Shown here piece by piece: positions 41,087 to 53,807 of a stretch of DNA of 64,000 nt. Position numbers and translations under genes: made by a program. Within the stretch, counting starts at the first letter, position 1. Each line of letters begins with the position of its first letter. The notes under the pieces were generated by a model. That model ran no database searches. It was given only the letters and a program-made list of their open reading frames with translations, and was not told the DNA's origin. Location of the stretch: the NCBI GenBank assembly GCA_951406725.2, contig OX597822.1, positions 36,332,001-36,396,000 of the forward strand. Reading direction: 5' to 3'. Source of the stretch: Octopus vulgaris. Its lineage: Eukaryota.

Positions 41087-41760
41087 GGATCTAGTCTAAC
41101 AATAATGTTGTAATCATTCAGAATATATCAAAATGTCAAAAGATGAACAAAAAAAGAAGAAAAAATGCTGGGATAGAATAAAAGACCAAACAAATATATA
41201 AGAGAAAAAAAAAGAGAGAGAAATAATGATTGTAGTTGCAGCTTCACAAATCACCTTTCATTTCCAAAAGTTTCTGCCATTTCATTCATCATTATTGGTT
41301 TAAGATCAAAAAATAGATGAAGAATGTTGATGTTGAGAGAAGCCACCAACCGTGCTACAAAAATAGTTGCTCTAAAAATATGTTCTACCTCTTTTTCTTC
41401 TTTTTTGTCTATGTAAAAATATTATTCTATAATTCTGAATTGTAAAATCAGAATTATGGAATATTTTCATGAAATTTTTCAGTCCAATAGTGTTGGATAC
41501 TGTTGTGACGTATTCTTAAAGAAAAAAAACCTTGAAAATATGACAAGCAGCAGAATGAAAATTTGCTTGTATTGTAATTGTACACTCTAGAAAGAGTAGC
41601 AACACATATCTCCCTGTAAGACACCTTAAGACAGTGTTTCTCAACCTTTTTACCCTTGCGTAACCCTTAAAATAAATTACATGTCTCAAGGAACCCCTGC
41701 ACAAAAAAATTATGTACCACATCTTTCTCATATTTTTTCATTGTAGTTCACGTGGTAAAT

Positions 41761-42265
41761 ATCATCATCATCATCATCATTTAGCATCCGCTTTCCATGC
41801 TAGCATGGGTTGGATGATTTGACTGAGGACTGGCGAGCCAGATGACTACACCAGGCTCCAATCTGATCTGGGAGAGTTTCTACAGCTGGATGCCCTTCCT
41901 AACGCCAACCACTCCGAGAGTGTAGTGGGTGCTTTTACGTGACACCAGCATGAGGGCTAGTCAGGTGGTACTGGCAACGACTAGGCTTAAATGGTGTTTT
42001 TTAAGTGCCACCTGCACAGGAGCCAGTCCAGCGGCACTGGCAATGACCTCGCTCGAATGATTTTTCACATGTCACCAGCACAAGTGCCAGTAAGGTGACA
42101 CTGGTAATGATCATGCTCGAATGGTGCTTTTTACGTGCCACTGGCACAGAAGTCAGTTAGCTACTCTGGTAACAATCTCACTCTTAGCGCTCCACTAGCA
42201 TGGATGCCAATCATCGAATTTGATTTCGATTTCGATTTCACTTGCCTCAACAGGTCTTCCCAAGC
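41761..42265 (-). mobile_element. RTE 3' UTR copy, head-to-head with 42281-42931
   Basis: (CAT)n at 41761 and inverted homology to ~42500-42931. Confidence 0.8.
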
Positions 42266-42280
42266 AGAATATATATATGA

Positions 42281-42927
42281 AAGAGGTAGACCCAGGAAGA
42301 CCTGGGATGAGGTGTTGAAGCATGACCTTTGAACATTCGGCCTCACCGAGGCAATGACTAGTGACCGAGGCCTTTGGAGATATGCCATACTTGAGAAGAC
42401 CCACAAACCAAGTGAGACCATAACCCATGGCCTATGCCAGTGGTGTATAACCAGCCCACTTATGAGTACCCTTCATTCATTGGTTAATAAATTTTGCTTG
42501 CGAAGACCTGTTGAGGCAAGTGAAATCAAAATCGCTGATGTGGCCGATGACAGTACCGCCTGATAGGCACTTGTGCCAGTGGAACGTTAAAAGCACCATC
42601 CGAGTGTAATCGTTGCAAGGGCTACTGACCGGCTCCTGTACCAGTGGCACATAAAAAGCACCATTTAAGCATGATCATTGCCAGTGTCGCCTTACTGGCA
42701 CATGTACTGGTGGCACATGAAAAACACCATTCAAGCATGGTCGTTGCCAGTACTGCCTGACTGGCCCTCATGCCTGTGGTATGTAAAAGCACCCACTACA
42801 CTCTCGGATCCAGCTGTAGAAACTTTGCCAGATCAGATTGGAGCCTGGTGCAGCCTTCTGGCTCGCCAGTCCTCAGTCAAACCATCCAGCATGGAAAGTG
42901 GATGTTAAACGACGATGATGATGATGA

Positions 42928-42931
<4 letters not shown>
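42281..42931 (+). mobile_element. RTE LINE 3' end: ORF C-terminus, 3' UTR and (GAT)n tail
   Basis: RGRPRKTWDEVLKHDL*TFGLTEAMTSDRGLWRYAILEKT runs directly into the GAT-tailed repeat, linking that family to RTE. Confidence 0.8.
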
Positions 42932-42968
<37 letters not shown>

Positions 42969-44349
42969 GTCCATAAATTACAGACATCACTAAATATATC
43001 CCCAATGGTTGTTACATTTTTTTGATAACATAATAGGTTAGATAGGATGATGTCTATATTACAATAACCAATATGTTGTGCATGTATAGTAACATTATGA
43101 TCATGAAATTAGCATTGACTTATCTCACTCTTTCTCATTGAACCCCTAGGAATCTTTCACGGAAACTTTGGGTTCTGGGGATCCCTGGTTGAGAAACACT
43201 GTCTTAGGGAAAAGTTTTTATCATAGCCTTGGTTCAACCAGAGTCTTGTGAGTGAAGTTTGATTGATGAAAACTGCATGAAAGTCCATTATAGGGGCTGT
43301 TCCTATTCTTGGGTGCTAGATTCAAACCTTTTGCCACCATATTTCTATTGAAATATACAGCCTTTGATTTTATTAATTTTGAAAATAATTAAGAAGTTAG
43401 TAAAATAACAATGTCATTATTATGTTGGTATTTGGAACATAATTTAATATGAAATTTTGATGGAGGAGTTTAATTCAGATTGCTTTATAATGAGAAGTTT
43501 GTGACATGGAAACAAAACAGTTTCAGGTGAGTTGATATCAAAAGGGTTAATATGTCTCTCTGTCTTTTCTGACTCTAAATCCTGTAAGCAGAATATAGAA
43601 AGAAAGAGAGAGGAAAAGAAAGAGAGAGAGGGAGTGAGGGAGAAGGGATAAGTTCAATTATGTTGGCTTTGGAGAAGGGACAAGTTCAATTATGTTGGCT
43701 TCAGTGCCCCACAGGTACTTATTTTACAGATCCCCAAAAGGTAAAGTCAATCTTGGTAAAATTTGAATTCAATGTAAAGAGTCAGGAGAAATAGCACATT
43801 TTTTCCTGAGGCTCTACTGCTAACAATAATGGTTTCAAATTTTGGCACAAATTTTAGAGGAGGGGTGTAAGTCGATTGTAATAGTCCTAGAACTCAACTG
43901 GTATTTATTTTATCAACCCCCCAAAGAATAAAAGGTAGAGTCAATCTCAGTGTCATTTGAACTCAGAACTTAAGTCAGACAGAATGCCACAGAGCATTTT
44001 TGCCGATACTCTAATAATAATTATGAAACAGAAGAAAGATGGGCAAATCAGAGGCGAGGGGGCTGGATTATAGAAGTGATAGATATTTTGTTAGTTTGTT
44101 GGAATAGAAACCATTTAGTAATTACAGTAACAGTAAAAGAGCCAGAGGAAAGATACAGTATGTTGGTGAACAAATGTTTACCAATAAGTCAAACCACATT
44201 TAATTAATTAATTTATTTATTTATCTATCTATTTACTTATCTATTTTGTTGGGTGGTTACTATCTAAAATGTTTGTTGCATGTTACGTATATTCAAACGA
44301 AAATATTGTTTGACCAAAATAGATGAACATTAATGGAATTTGTATCCTT

Positions 44350-44737
44350 GTGGTACCAGTGGTGGCACATAAGAAAACCATCCGAACGTGACCGTAGCCA
44401 GTACCGCAACGACTGGCCTCCGTGCTGAGGGCACGTAACAAACACATCCGAGCGTGGCCGTCCGCCAGCCTCGTCTGGCACCTGTGTCGGTGGCACATAA
44501 AAAACACCATCCGAGCGTGGCCGTCTGCCAGCCTCGTCTGGCACCTGTGTCGGTGGCACATAAAATCACCCACTACACTCTCGGAGTGGTTGGCGTTAGG
44601 AAGGGCATCCAGCTGTAGAAACACTGCCAGATCTGACTGGCCTGGTGCAGCCTTCGGGCTTGCCAGACCCCAGTTGAACCGTCCAACCCATGCTAGCATG
44701 GAAAGCGGACGTTAAACGATGATGATGATGATGATGA
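44350..44737 (+). mobile_element. Young RTE 3' UTR copy, same subfamily, 2 array units
   Basis: Near-identical reverse complement of 33942-34240. Confidence 0.85.
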
Positions 44738-44821
44738 TTCCCTTCACATCTCAGATGTACTGGAAATCCATACATACATACATACATACATACATACATA
44801 CATACATACATACATACATAA

Positions 44822-45260
44822 GAAATAAAAACCCACAATATGGTGAAAGCCATAGCCACTCATAATGAAAAGGAATACTGGTGGAATATAGCATTGAAGA
44901 CCTCAATAAAATGCAAGCACAATAGACCTGATATAATGATTTGGGATGGAGAAGAGAAACTGTGCACAGTTGTGGAAATTAGCTGCCCAGCGGGTGTTAA
45001 CATAAAGCTGAAGATCAGTGAAAATGTGGACACTTATGCTGAACTTTTGAGAAACCTACAGTTACTCTATCCAGATTACAAGTTCAGGTTTATACCTGTA
45101 ATTACTGGGGGCCTGGGATATGTAGCACATTGCCTAAATGCCAATCTTGAGAAATTAGGCTTCTGAAAACCAGAAAGGAGAAAGCCAATTCGAAGGCTAC
45201 AGAGCCAGTTCATCACTGGAACTGTAAAAAGCTGTAAAACTTTCCAAAAGTTTATCATTT
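44822..45260 (+). mobile_element. R4/Dong-clade non-LTR retrotransposon 3' fragment (restriction-like endonuclease)
   Basis: HNRPDIMIWD...VVEISCP...K..Y..L...IPVITGGLG PD-(D/E)xK RLE signature, with one in-frame stop and microsatellite flanks. Confidence 0.8.
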
Positions 45261-45377
45261 ATATATATATATATGAACATGTCTAGATATATAACTATAT
45301 GCATGAGAATACATACATAAAACATACAAATCTGCACATACATACATACATACATACATACATACATGCAAACATAC

Positions 45378-45461
<84 letters not shown>

Positions 45462-45490
45462 ATATGTTAGTATATGTGTGTGTGTGTGTG

Positions 45491-46363
45491 TATGGTCTGA
45501 TCAATAAATATCCGGACCGTTGCCATAGTAACAAAGCTAAAGCATGCAGAGTAAAGCTACTTGGCACAGATTGACCTTCAACTCTGTTGTGCATGTGCAC
45601 CAAGTTTTAACATTCTAGCCCACTTTCGCCGTTTACAGCAGTACTTGGAAGTAATGTGTGTATCGTGTGATTGTTGCATTGACCATGACAGAGAAAGTTG
45701 AGCAGAGAATCTGCATCAAATTTTGCCAAAAGCTTGGCAATACCTACTCAGAGGCCCATGCAAAGTTTTCAAAAAATTTTCATTGCCCTCAACACAATCA
45801 AGATCTTGTGCAACTGAAACCTTGAGTGTCCTTCTGGTCAGCTGAAAGCAGTTTTGGTACAAACTTGGCAGAAACGCGTCTCATACTCAAATCTTCAGTG
45901 ATAACGAACTGAACTGAACCATAACTAATCTGCACATCCTTTGATAACTCACAGATGGTGATTCAACAATTTCTTCCTCACAGCTGCATGCTCATCTGAG
46001 ATGTCTTTCTCAGTTTTGCTGGTTGCAGGTCTCCCAGAATGTTTGTAAATATCGACATTTTTTCTGCCATCTTGGAAACATCTGAACCACTCATACACAT
46101 GTGTGTGACTCATACACTCCTCTCCATATACTTTCTGCAACTTTGCATAGGCCTCTGAGCTAGTATCGCCATGACAACTTTCTCTGTCATGGTCAATGCA
46201 ACAATCACATGCTGCACACCTTCCTTCCAAGCACTGCTGTAAACAGCAGAAGTGAGCTAGAATGTTAAAACTTAGTGTGCAAGCACAGCAGAATTCAAGG
46301 TCAATCTGTGTCCTTTAGCTTCATTACTATGGCAACAGTCTGGATACTTATTGAGCAGGTCAC
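45491..46363. mobile_element. Mariner-derived element built from two inverted 5' ends
   Basis: The left ~280 bp (TIR, UTR, MTEKVEQRICIKFCQKLG) is mirrored at the right end. The minus strand continues with HTH sequence (AYAKLQKVYGEECMS..VYEWF..F.DGR..SGRPATS, RVSAKFVPKLL). Confidence 0.85.
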
Positions 46364-46394
46364 ATGTGTGTGTGTGTGAATGTGTGTGTGTGTA

Positions 46395-46425
<31 letters not shown>

Positions 46426-47125
46426 ACATATATATATACACTCACATATATACACACTCATTTACAACTATTACACAATTTCAAATAAGACAGAAACATA
46501 ATTACACAGACACCCACACACATACATGCATGCATACAGGCATACATGCATACATACATACATACATGCATACATACATACATACATACATTCATACATA
46601 CATACATACATTCATACATACATCCACACATACATACATTCATACATACATACATACATACATACATACATACATACATACATACATACATACATACATA
46701 CATGTATGTATGTATGACAGGCCTTTTTTAAGTTTCTGCTGACCAAACCCACATATAAGGCTTTGGTCAGCCCAGAGATATTATGGAAAACACCTGTTCA
46801 AGTTGCTACACTGTGGGATGATGAATAATGGTTTCAAAGTTTGGCACCGGACCAGCAATTTCAGAGTAAGGGGGTTAGTGGATTACATCAACCCCAGAAC
46901 TCAACTCATACTATTGGGACTGGTCCTAGAACCATGCAGTTAGAAAGCAAAATTCTTACCTCAAGGCTATGCCTGATAATAGCTTGCTCACAAACCACAT
47001 GGTTCCGGGTTCAGTCCCAGTGCGTGGCACCTTGGGCAAGTGTCTTCTATTATAGCCTCAGGCTGACCAAAGCCTTGTGAGTGGATTTGGTAGACAGAAA
47101 CTGAAAGAAGCCCATCATATATATG

Positions 47126-47163
<38 letters not shown>

Positions 47164-47250
47164 TATTAGAGACAAAACCACTATTTTGCAAAACAAACAA
47201 GGAAAGACTTAATCAATACATAAAATTTTAATAAATAGTCAAAAAAACCG

Positions 47251-47293
47251 CCACTACAATCGTTTCTTGTCTTGATCGACAATCTTCAGGTGG
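47251..47293 (-). ncRNA. Mirror copy of the minimal hammerhead ribozyme
   Basis: Exact reverse complement of 47336-47378 in the left arm of the inverted repeat. Confidence 0.8.
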
Positions 47294-47335
47294 ACTTCCA
47301 ATAAGTCAATAATTTGAAACTGACTTATTGGAAGT

Positions 47336-47378
47336 CCACCTGAAGATTGTCGATCAAGACAAGAAACGATTGTAGTGG
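47336..47378 (+). ncRNA. Minimal type I hammerhead ribozyme (Penelope-type)
   Basis: CCAC-CUGAAGA-UUGUC(GAUCAA)GACAA-GAAA-C(GAUU)G-UA^GUGG. Both conserved core boxes, stems I/II/III and a GUA cleavage triplet are present. Confidence 0.85.
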
Positions 47379-47558
47379 CGGTTTTTTTGACTATTTATTA
47401 AAATTTTATGTATTGATTAAGTCTTTCCTTGTTTGTTTTGCAAAATAGTGGTTTTGTCTCTAATAATATTTTATAATATTTTACTATAAAATTGGATTTA
47501 ATCCTAAATCTGATTTTTTTTCCCTGTAAATTTGGATTTATTCCCTAATATTTATTAT

Positions 47559-47609
<51 letters not shown>

Positions 47610-47840
47610 TGTATGTATGTATGTATGTGTGTGTGTATACGTTTGTGTGTCTGTGTTTGTCCCTCCAACATCGCTTGACAACCGATGCTGGTGTGCTTAT
47701 GTTCCCGTAACTTAGCTGTTCAGCAAAAGAGACCAATAGAATAAGTACTAGGCATACAAAGAATAAGTCCTGGGTCCGATTTGCTTGACTAAAGGCAGTG
47801 CTCCAGCATGGCCACAGTCAAATGACTGAAACAAGTAAAA

Positions 47841-47910
<70 letters not shown>

Positions 47911-48519
47911 CAAGCAATTTATGAAAGTAGCAGTTGATCTGTATTTTGCATTGCTTATGTACATTGTAGAGTTTGTAAGGAAAAAGAAAACTACAAATTA
48001 TTGATTTGATTCTGGAAAATATTGCTTAGATATCAGTTTAATCATTATTTACTCTTATTTGAATATACGTCTTTATCATGAGAAAATTACATATGGTCGT
48101 TTTGACTTTGCATGTGGTAAATAAATATAAAAAAAAAGAAAAAGGAAAATTTCAGTTACCATGTTTTTTAAACACATTTCTGATGAAAAATAACAATCCA
48201 GAAAATTACCATGTTATTATTTAACAACAAATCAACTCAGACATTTAAACAAATAATTGTGAATATGATGGAAAATTACAGATACAAAGAGAAAGATGTG
48301 ATATTTAGCAGTCACTTAGGCAATGATAATTTTTGACAAATGGCGTGAAATTACAATAGAATCTGAGAGCTAGTTCTATGTAAAACCAGCCTGAACCATA
48401 ATTATAGTATTATTGATACAAAAATGCACTTAAAGCTGAAAGTTATCTAATTACTTGACAAATACAGAGTTTGAAGTATAACAGTGTGAAATGACTTAAA
48501 ATAAACTGTTATACCAGGA

Positions 48520-48792
48520 AGTGGCAGAATTGTTAGAACACTGCAAGAACTGTTTTTCGGTATTTCTTCTGGCATTTTACATTCCAGGTTTAAATTCCAC
48601 TGAGGTCAACTTTGCTTTTCATCCTTTTTGGGGTTGATAAAACTAGTATCAGTTGAGTTCTGGGATTGATGTAATCCACTAACCCCCTTACTCTGAAATA
48701 GCTGGTCCGGTGCCAAAATTTGAAACCATTATTCATCATCATCATCATCATCATCGTCGTTGTCGTCGTCGTCGTCGTCGTCATCATCGTCG

Positions 48793-48828
<36 letters not shown>

Positions 48829-49884
48829 ATAAGTCAGTGAGCTAGCAGAATCGTTAGCACACTGAGCAAAATGCTTAGCGGCTTTTCGTTCATCCTTATA
48901 TTCCAAGTTCAAATTCCACTGAGGCTGTCTTTGTCTTTCATCCTTTCAGGGTCAGTGAAATAAATACCAGTTATGCACTGAGGTCAATGTAATTGACTAG
49001 CCCCATCCCACCAAAATTTCAGGCCTTGCACCTATAGTAGAAAGGATTACCGTTATTATTATTATTGTTGTTGAGTGACAGAGCAGTGCATGCCATCAAA
49101 GTGACACTGGGGTAAAATATACGAAGCCCAATACACCCATCATGACTACCCGTCTGATAAGGGTACACCAGGCACATGCATCACAACCAAATATGCACGA
49201 CATGGTGATCTCATATCAAGATAAACAGTGCATGACCTTGCAGGTGGGGCCCAGTTAGAATTTTCTTCTGGTCGAGTAGCCCATCCTGCTCAAAAGGTCC
49301 CTGAATAAGGATTGTTTAAGGATATTGAACGTACCACCCATGTTTCCAAAGGTGAATTATCCAAACCTCCAAGAATTCCTTTCAACACATGGCTATGATG
49401 CTCCCCCACTACTCCTGCTCATGATCAGAGATGCACATATCGTCAGCCACTAAGGGACATGGTCAACTGTTTAAGGTCAAACAACTGACAAGCAAATCTG
49501 TGGTATTGAGCAGAATATTTGCTGTTGCCCATCTTTTATACCAAGACAAAACACTGTACATGATAACACTTCCAATCAGTTAAGATCAGAAGCCATGAGA
49601 GCAACTGTCTGGTACTGCATCAGGGCATTTATTATTATTATCATTGTTGTTGTTGTTGTTATTTTAAGGTAGTAAGCTGGCAGAATTTTTAGTGATATTT
49701 TGTCTGTCTTTATGTTCTGAGTTCAAACTCCACCTAGTTGACTTTGCCTTTCGTCCTTTTGTGGTCAATGAAGTAAGTACCAGTGAGCACTGTGCTGGAT
49801 GTAATCAACTAGCCCTCTCCCACAAAATTTCATGTTTTGTTCCTTTAATCAGAAGAATCATCATCATCATCATCATTTCTATTA

Positions 49885-49946
<62 letters not shown>

Positions 49947-50819
49947 ACCTAAACGATAAGCTGGCAGAATCATTAGCTTGCCAGACAAAATGCTTGGTGG
50001 CATTACTTCCAGTTTTATGTTTTGAGTTCAAATGCTGTCACAACCAACTTTGCTTTTCACCCTGCAGGGTCAATAAAATAAGTACCAGTTGAGCACTGAG
50101 GTTGATATAATTGACTAACCTGCTCTCACTAAAATTGCTGGCCTTGTACTGTTTGAGTTGGCAGAACTGTTAGCATGCGAGACAAAATGTTTAGTGGCAT
50201 TTTAACTGTCTTTTATGTTCTGAGTTCAAATTCCACCCAGCTCTACTTTGCCTTTTTATCCTTTCATAATCAATAAAATAAGTACCAGTTGAGCATAAGG
50301 GTCAGTGTAATTGACTAGCCCCCTCTCCTGGGTACTGCTGGCCTTGAGCCAATATCTAAAATCATTATTATTGTTGGTGAGCTGGTAGAATTGTTAACAT
50401 GCTGGGCAAAATGCTTAGCAGAATTTAATCCATCTTTAGATTCTGAGTTCAAATTCTGCCGAGGTCGACTTTACTTTTCATCCTCCTGGGGTTTAATAAA
50501 ATAAGTACCAGTTAAAATAAGTACTAGGGTCGATGTAATTGACTTACCCCAAGAGTTGCTGGCCTCATACCAAAATTTGAAACCCTTATCATCATCATGA
50601 GAGCTACACCTCTATCGTCCTCCCCACCACTTTTTTTATTTTCAAACCTTTATATGCTATACATATGACCCTTTTTTCCGTGTATACCATGTATACTTAA
50701 TTTCTTTCTTTCCCTTTTTTTTCATCCTTTTATTATATGTAAACCCCAACACTTTATGTCTGTCTTTGTATTGTACCCCTCACCCTTCACCCTTGAGGCA
50801 AATAAATGAAATCATCACC

Positions 50820-50881
<62 letters not shown>

Positions 50882-51110
50882 TATTATTATTAAAGAAAGC
50901 AAGATTGCTGAATCCTTAGCATGCCAGGTGAAAAGCTTAGTGGTATTTTGTCTGCCACAATGTTCTGAGTTCAAATTCTGCTGAGGTTGACTTTGCCTTT
51001 CATCCTTTGCGGGACCAATAAATTAAGTACCGGTGAAACACTAATTCAATGTAATCGACTATCCCCCTTACCCAAATTTCAGGTCTTGTGCCTATAGTAG
51101 AAAGGATTAT
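48520..51110 (+). repeat. Cluster of ~7 co-oriented MetaSINE-like copies separated by (CAT)n/(ATT)n tracts
   Basis: Copies start at ~48520, 48835, 49667, 49955, 50155, 50375 and 50897. Confidence 0.8.
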
Positions 51111-51129
51111 TATTATTATTATTATTATT

Positions 51130-51168
<39 letters not shown>

Positions 51169-51200
51169 CATCGTCGTTTAACGTCCGCTTTCGACGATGA

Positions 51201-51231
<31 letters not shown>

Positions 51232-52620
51232 GTGTATCTAGAATTACATAATCCTATGTGTTCTTCATCTTAAGGTCAAGTGTGCAATGAACTGCAGTGT
51301 AAGTATTGATGACACCATAGACATACCAAAGACATTCCAGCTGTGACTGTCATAATTTTTAAAGCACTTAACACTTGATTTATAAGTGAAAGCTAAGCAT
51401 TCAGTAGCCAAAAGATAGCAAGCTTGTGTGGTAGAATGAGCACAGCTTGAATATTTAACATGAATACAGTAAATTTTTATGTTTCTGTTTTTCTTATAAA
51501 AATTACAGTATTTGCCTAGAAAAATTTTCTTGTTTAGATTTTGTTTAAATTTATTATCATGTAATTTATGGTGTCATCATCATTGTTGTCATCATCATCA
51601 TCGTCCATAAAATCGTTGTCATCATCATCATCATCACCATAATCATCACTTTAATGACCCCTTTTCTGAGCTTGCATAGGTCAGAGAGAATTCATTGAGA
51701 TAGATTTTCTAAGGATGGATGCCCTTCCTGTGCTCAACCCTAAACTTTTTTCCAAGTAAGGCAATATTTTTGCTTGGGCTGAACATGTTTGCACAGAAGA
51801 TTGGAAATGAGTCACATTGTTTGGTTGATGGGTGTTGCTCACAACTATCAAGTAATGTCAACACAAGGAGACTCAAACACTCACACATACATGCACATAT
51901 ACACATACATACTTACATATACACATATACATAATACATACATAGATACATAAATATATATATATAAACATAAATCTCTCTCTCACTCTCTCTCTGTATA
52001 TATGTGTGTGTGTGTGCGTGCGTGCATTCAATGATTTCCTTGAAGTTTTTGTCTACTAAATACATTCACAATGCTTTGGTTAGCTTGGGGTTATTGTAGA
52101 AAACACTTGTCCAAGGTGCCACACAGTAGGACTGAACCCAAAATTATGTTGTTGGGAAATAAACTTCTTAACTACTCAGCCACACTCAGTAAATTATTTT
52201 CCAAACAATATATGAATATAAAATTTAGTTTGATGTATGTTTTTCAATGACAGCATGAATTAAATGGCTCTGAAAACTTTTTAGTGTTTACAGTTTGAAA
52301 TAGATATTTTAAAATTGTTTTCGTTTTAAAACTAATTTAAATGCTGAACATTGAAAGCAATTAACTGCTATCAATTTTCCAGTATGTTTGATGAGAGAAA
52401 ATCATTGATTTTACTGAGTTACTTTGAAGCTTTGACATAGTAAACCAGCACTTTAACATTTTCTCTTTTTTTTTTAATAGTATAGATGTAATGTTAAGAA
52501 TAACAATAACAGCAACAACCTGAGAACACTAGCTAATGAGTGAGCCTGTGTATAAAATCTTTCTCAGATCAGACATGGTCATCTGATAAAAAGAGAATAC
52601 ATTTGAATAATGTAGTCCTA

Positions 52621-52668
52621 GATATACTGTGGCTGAAGATATACTATGGCTGAAGATATACTATGGCT
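52621..52668. repeat. 17-bp tandem repeat, ~3 copies
   Basis: gatatact(g/a)tggctgaa. Confidence 0.85.
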
Positions 52669-53662
52669 TTGGTTATAGATTTGCTTGTTATCAGGTCTAA
52701 TTAGGGCTGTAAGACAACTGCAAACTGGGATCATGAGGGTTCACGAATGAAATAACACAAAAAGGATATATAGAGAGAGATGCTGAAATGTAGAATCATT
52801 CAAGCAATGGCAAAATAACTATTAAACTAGGATGATGATTATGATGAAATAATCATAGAAATAGACATAGCACTGATATTAATGGTTTGTACTGTAGTGA
52901 GGCCAAGAATCAAAACATAATAGTTTTTGTGACTTGAATCAGACCCACTTAGATCAGGTGACATACTTTGGATGTCAACCAATCACTTTACCCCATATTA
53001 TTGAATGTTCCAATTGTTCCAGCATGCATAGGGGTTATTAAAGTAAAAGTGCACCATAATCAGTGCAGAGGTTAAGAGAAAGTCTTAAAGGAGATAGACA
53101 AACACAAGATTCTTGGCCCTTGGTCGACCTGTGTTTAAAAGATTTGCTTCATTTTTAATGCACTTCTCTGAGCATGTACCAGGAACACAATATCCTCATC
53201 TCTCACCACACAAATAAGTAGGTAGCCAATTCTTAGTCCCAAATAAACAAGAGGCACACATAGGTTGTATAGGCAACAAGTTTATAAGAGACAAGTTTCA
53301 AGGTTTCTATTTGGTCCTTGGTTAAAAGAATCGCTAACTATGAAGAACAGAGTATTTTCTCCCACTTCTCATATGAAGCATATCTTTTATGCTTCATAAT
53401 ATTATTAATGTTATTAATGTGAGTATAAACTACATTTGCTTCTAGCACACCACAGTACACTACCAGCAAGCAACTTTGAAATTATGCAAATTTTGTGATA
53501 TACTTCTGTAAAAATATATGTTAGCCATACAATGTTCAAAGCTGGTTTTATTATGGGACAGCAGCACACAGCCTTAATATCATAACGGTATATCAAGACA
53601 TATCTGACCAACCCAAAAGTAGAATATACTTTGTAATATCTAGTTTGTAAGCATCATTGTTA

Positions 53663-53807
53663 GTTTGATAGAATAATCATAATTTTTTTAATGCAATATT
53701 TTGATAGAATAATCATAGTTTTTTTAATGCAATATTTTGATAGAATAATCATAATTTTTTTAATGCAATATTTTGATAGAATAATCATAGTTTTTTTAAT
53801 GCAGTAT
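53663..53807. repeat. 36-37-bp minisatellite, 4 copies
   Basis: tttgatagaataatcata(a/g)tttttttaatgcaatat repeated, with alternating a/g variants. Confidence 0.9.

Larger units (their letters stand above)
41632..43201. mobile_element. hAT (Charlie-like) MITE carrying nested RTE insertions
   Basis: Perfect 15-bp TIRs CAGTGTTTCTCAACC / GGTTGAGAAACACTG and a decayed 8-bp TSD (ccttaaga / tcttaggg). Confidence 0.75.
47154..47562 (+). mobile_element. Penelope-like element terminus: pseudo-LTR with inverted 5' copy
   Basis: Arms 47154-47308 and 47321-47475 with a 12-nt spacer, an embedded hammerhead, an AT-rich 3' extension and (TA)n flanks. Inserted inside a SINE. Confidence 0.75.
46981..47843 (+). 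mobile_element. Same SINE family, interrupted at its (TA)n tract by the Penelope-like palindrome
   Basis: The 5' half (46981-47150) and 3' half (47600-47843) are colinear with the 21895-22313 copy. Confidence 0.8.
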
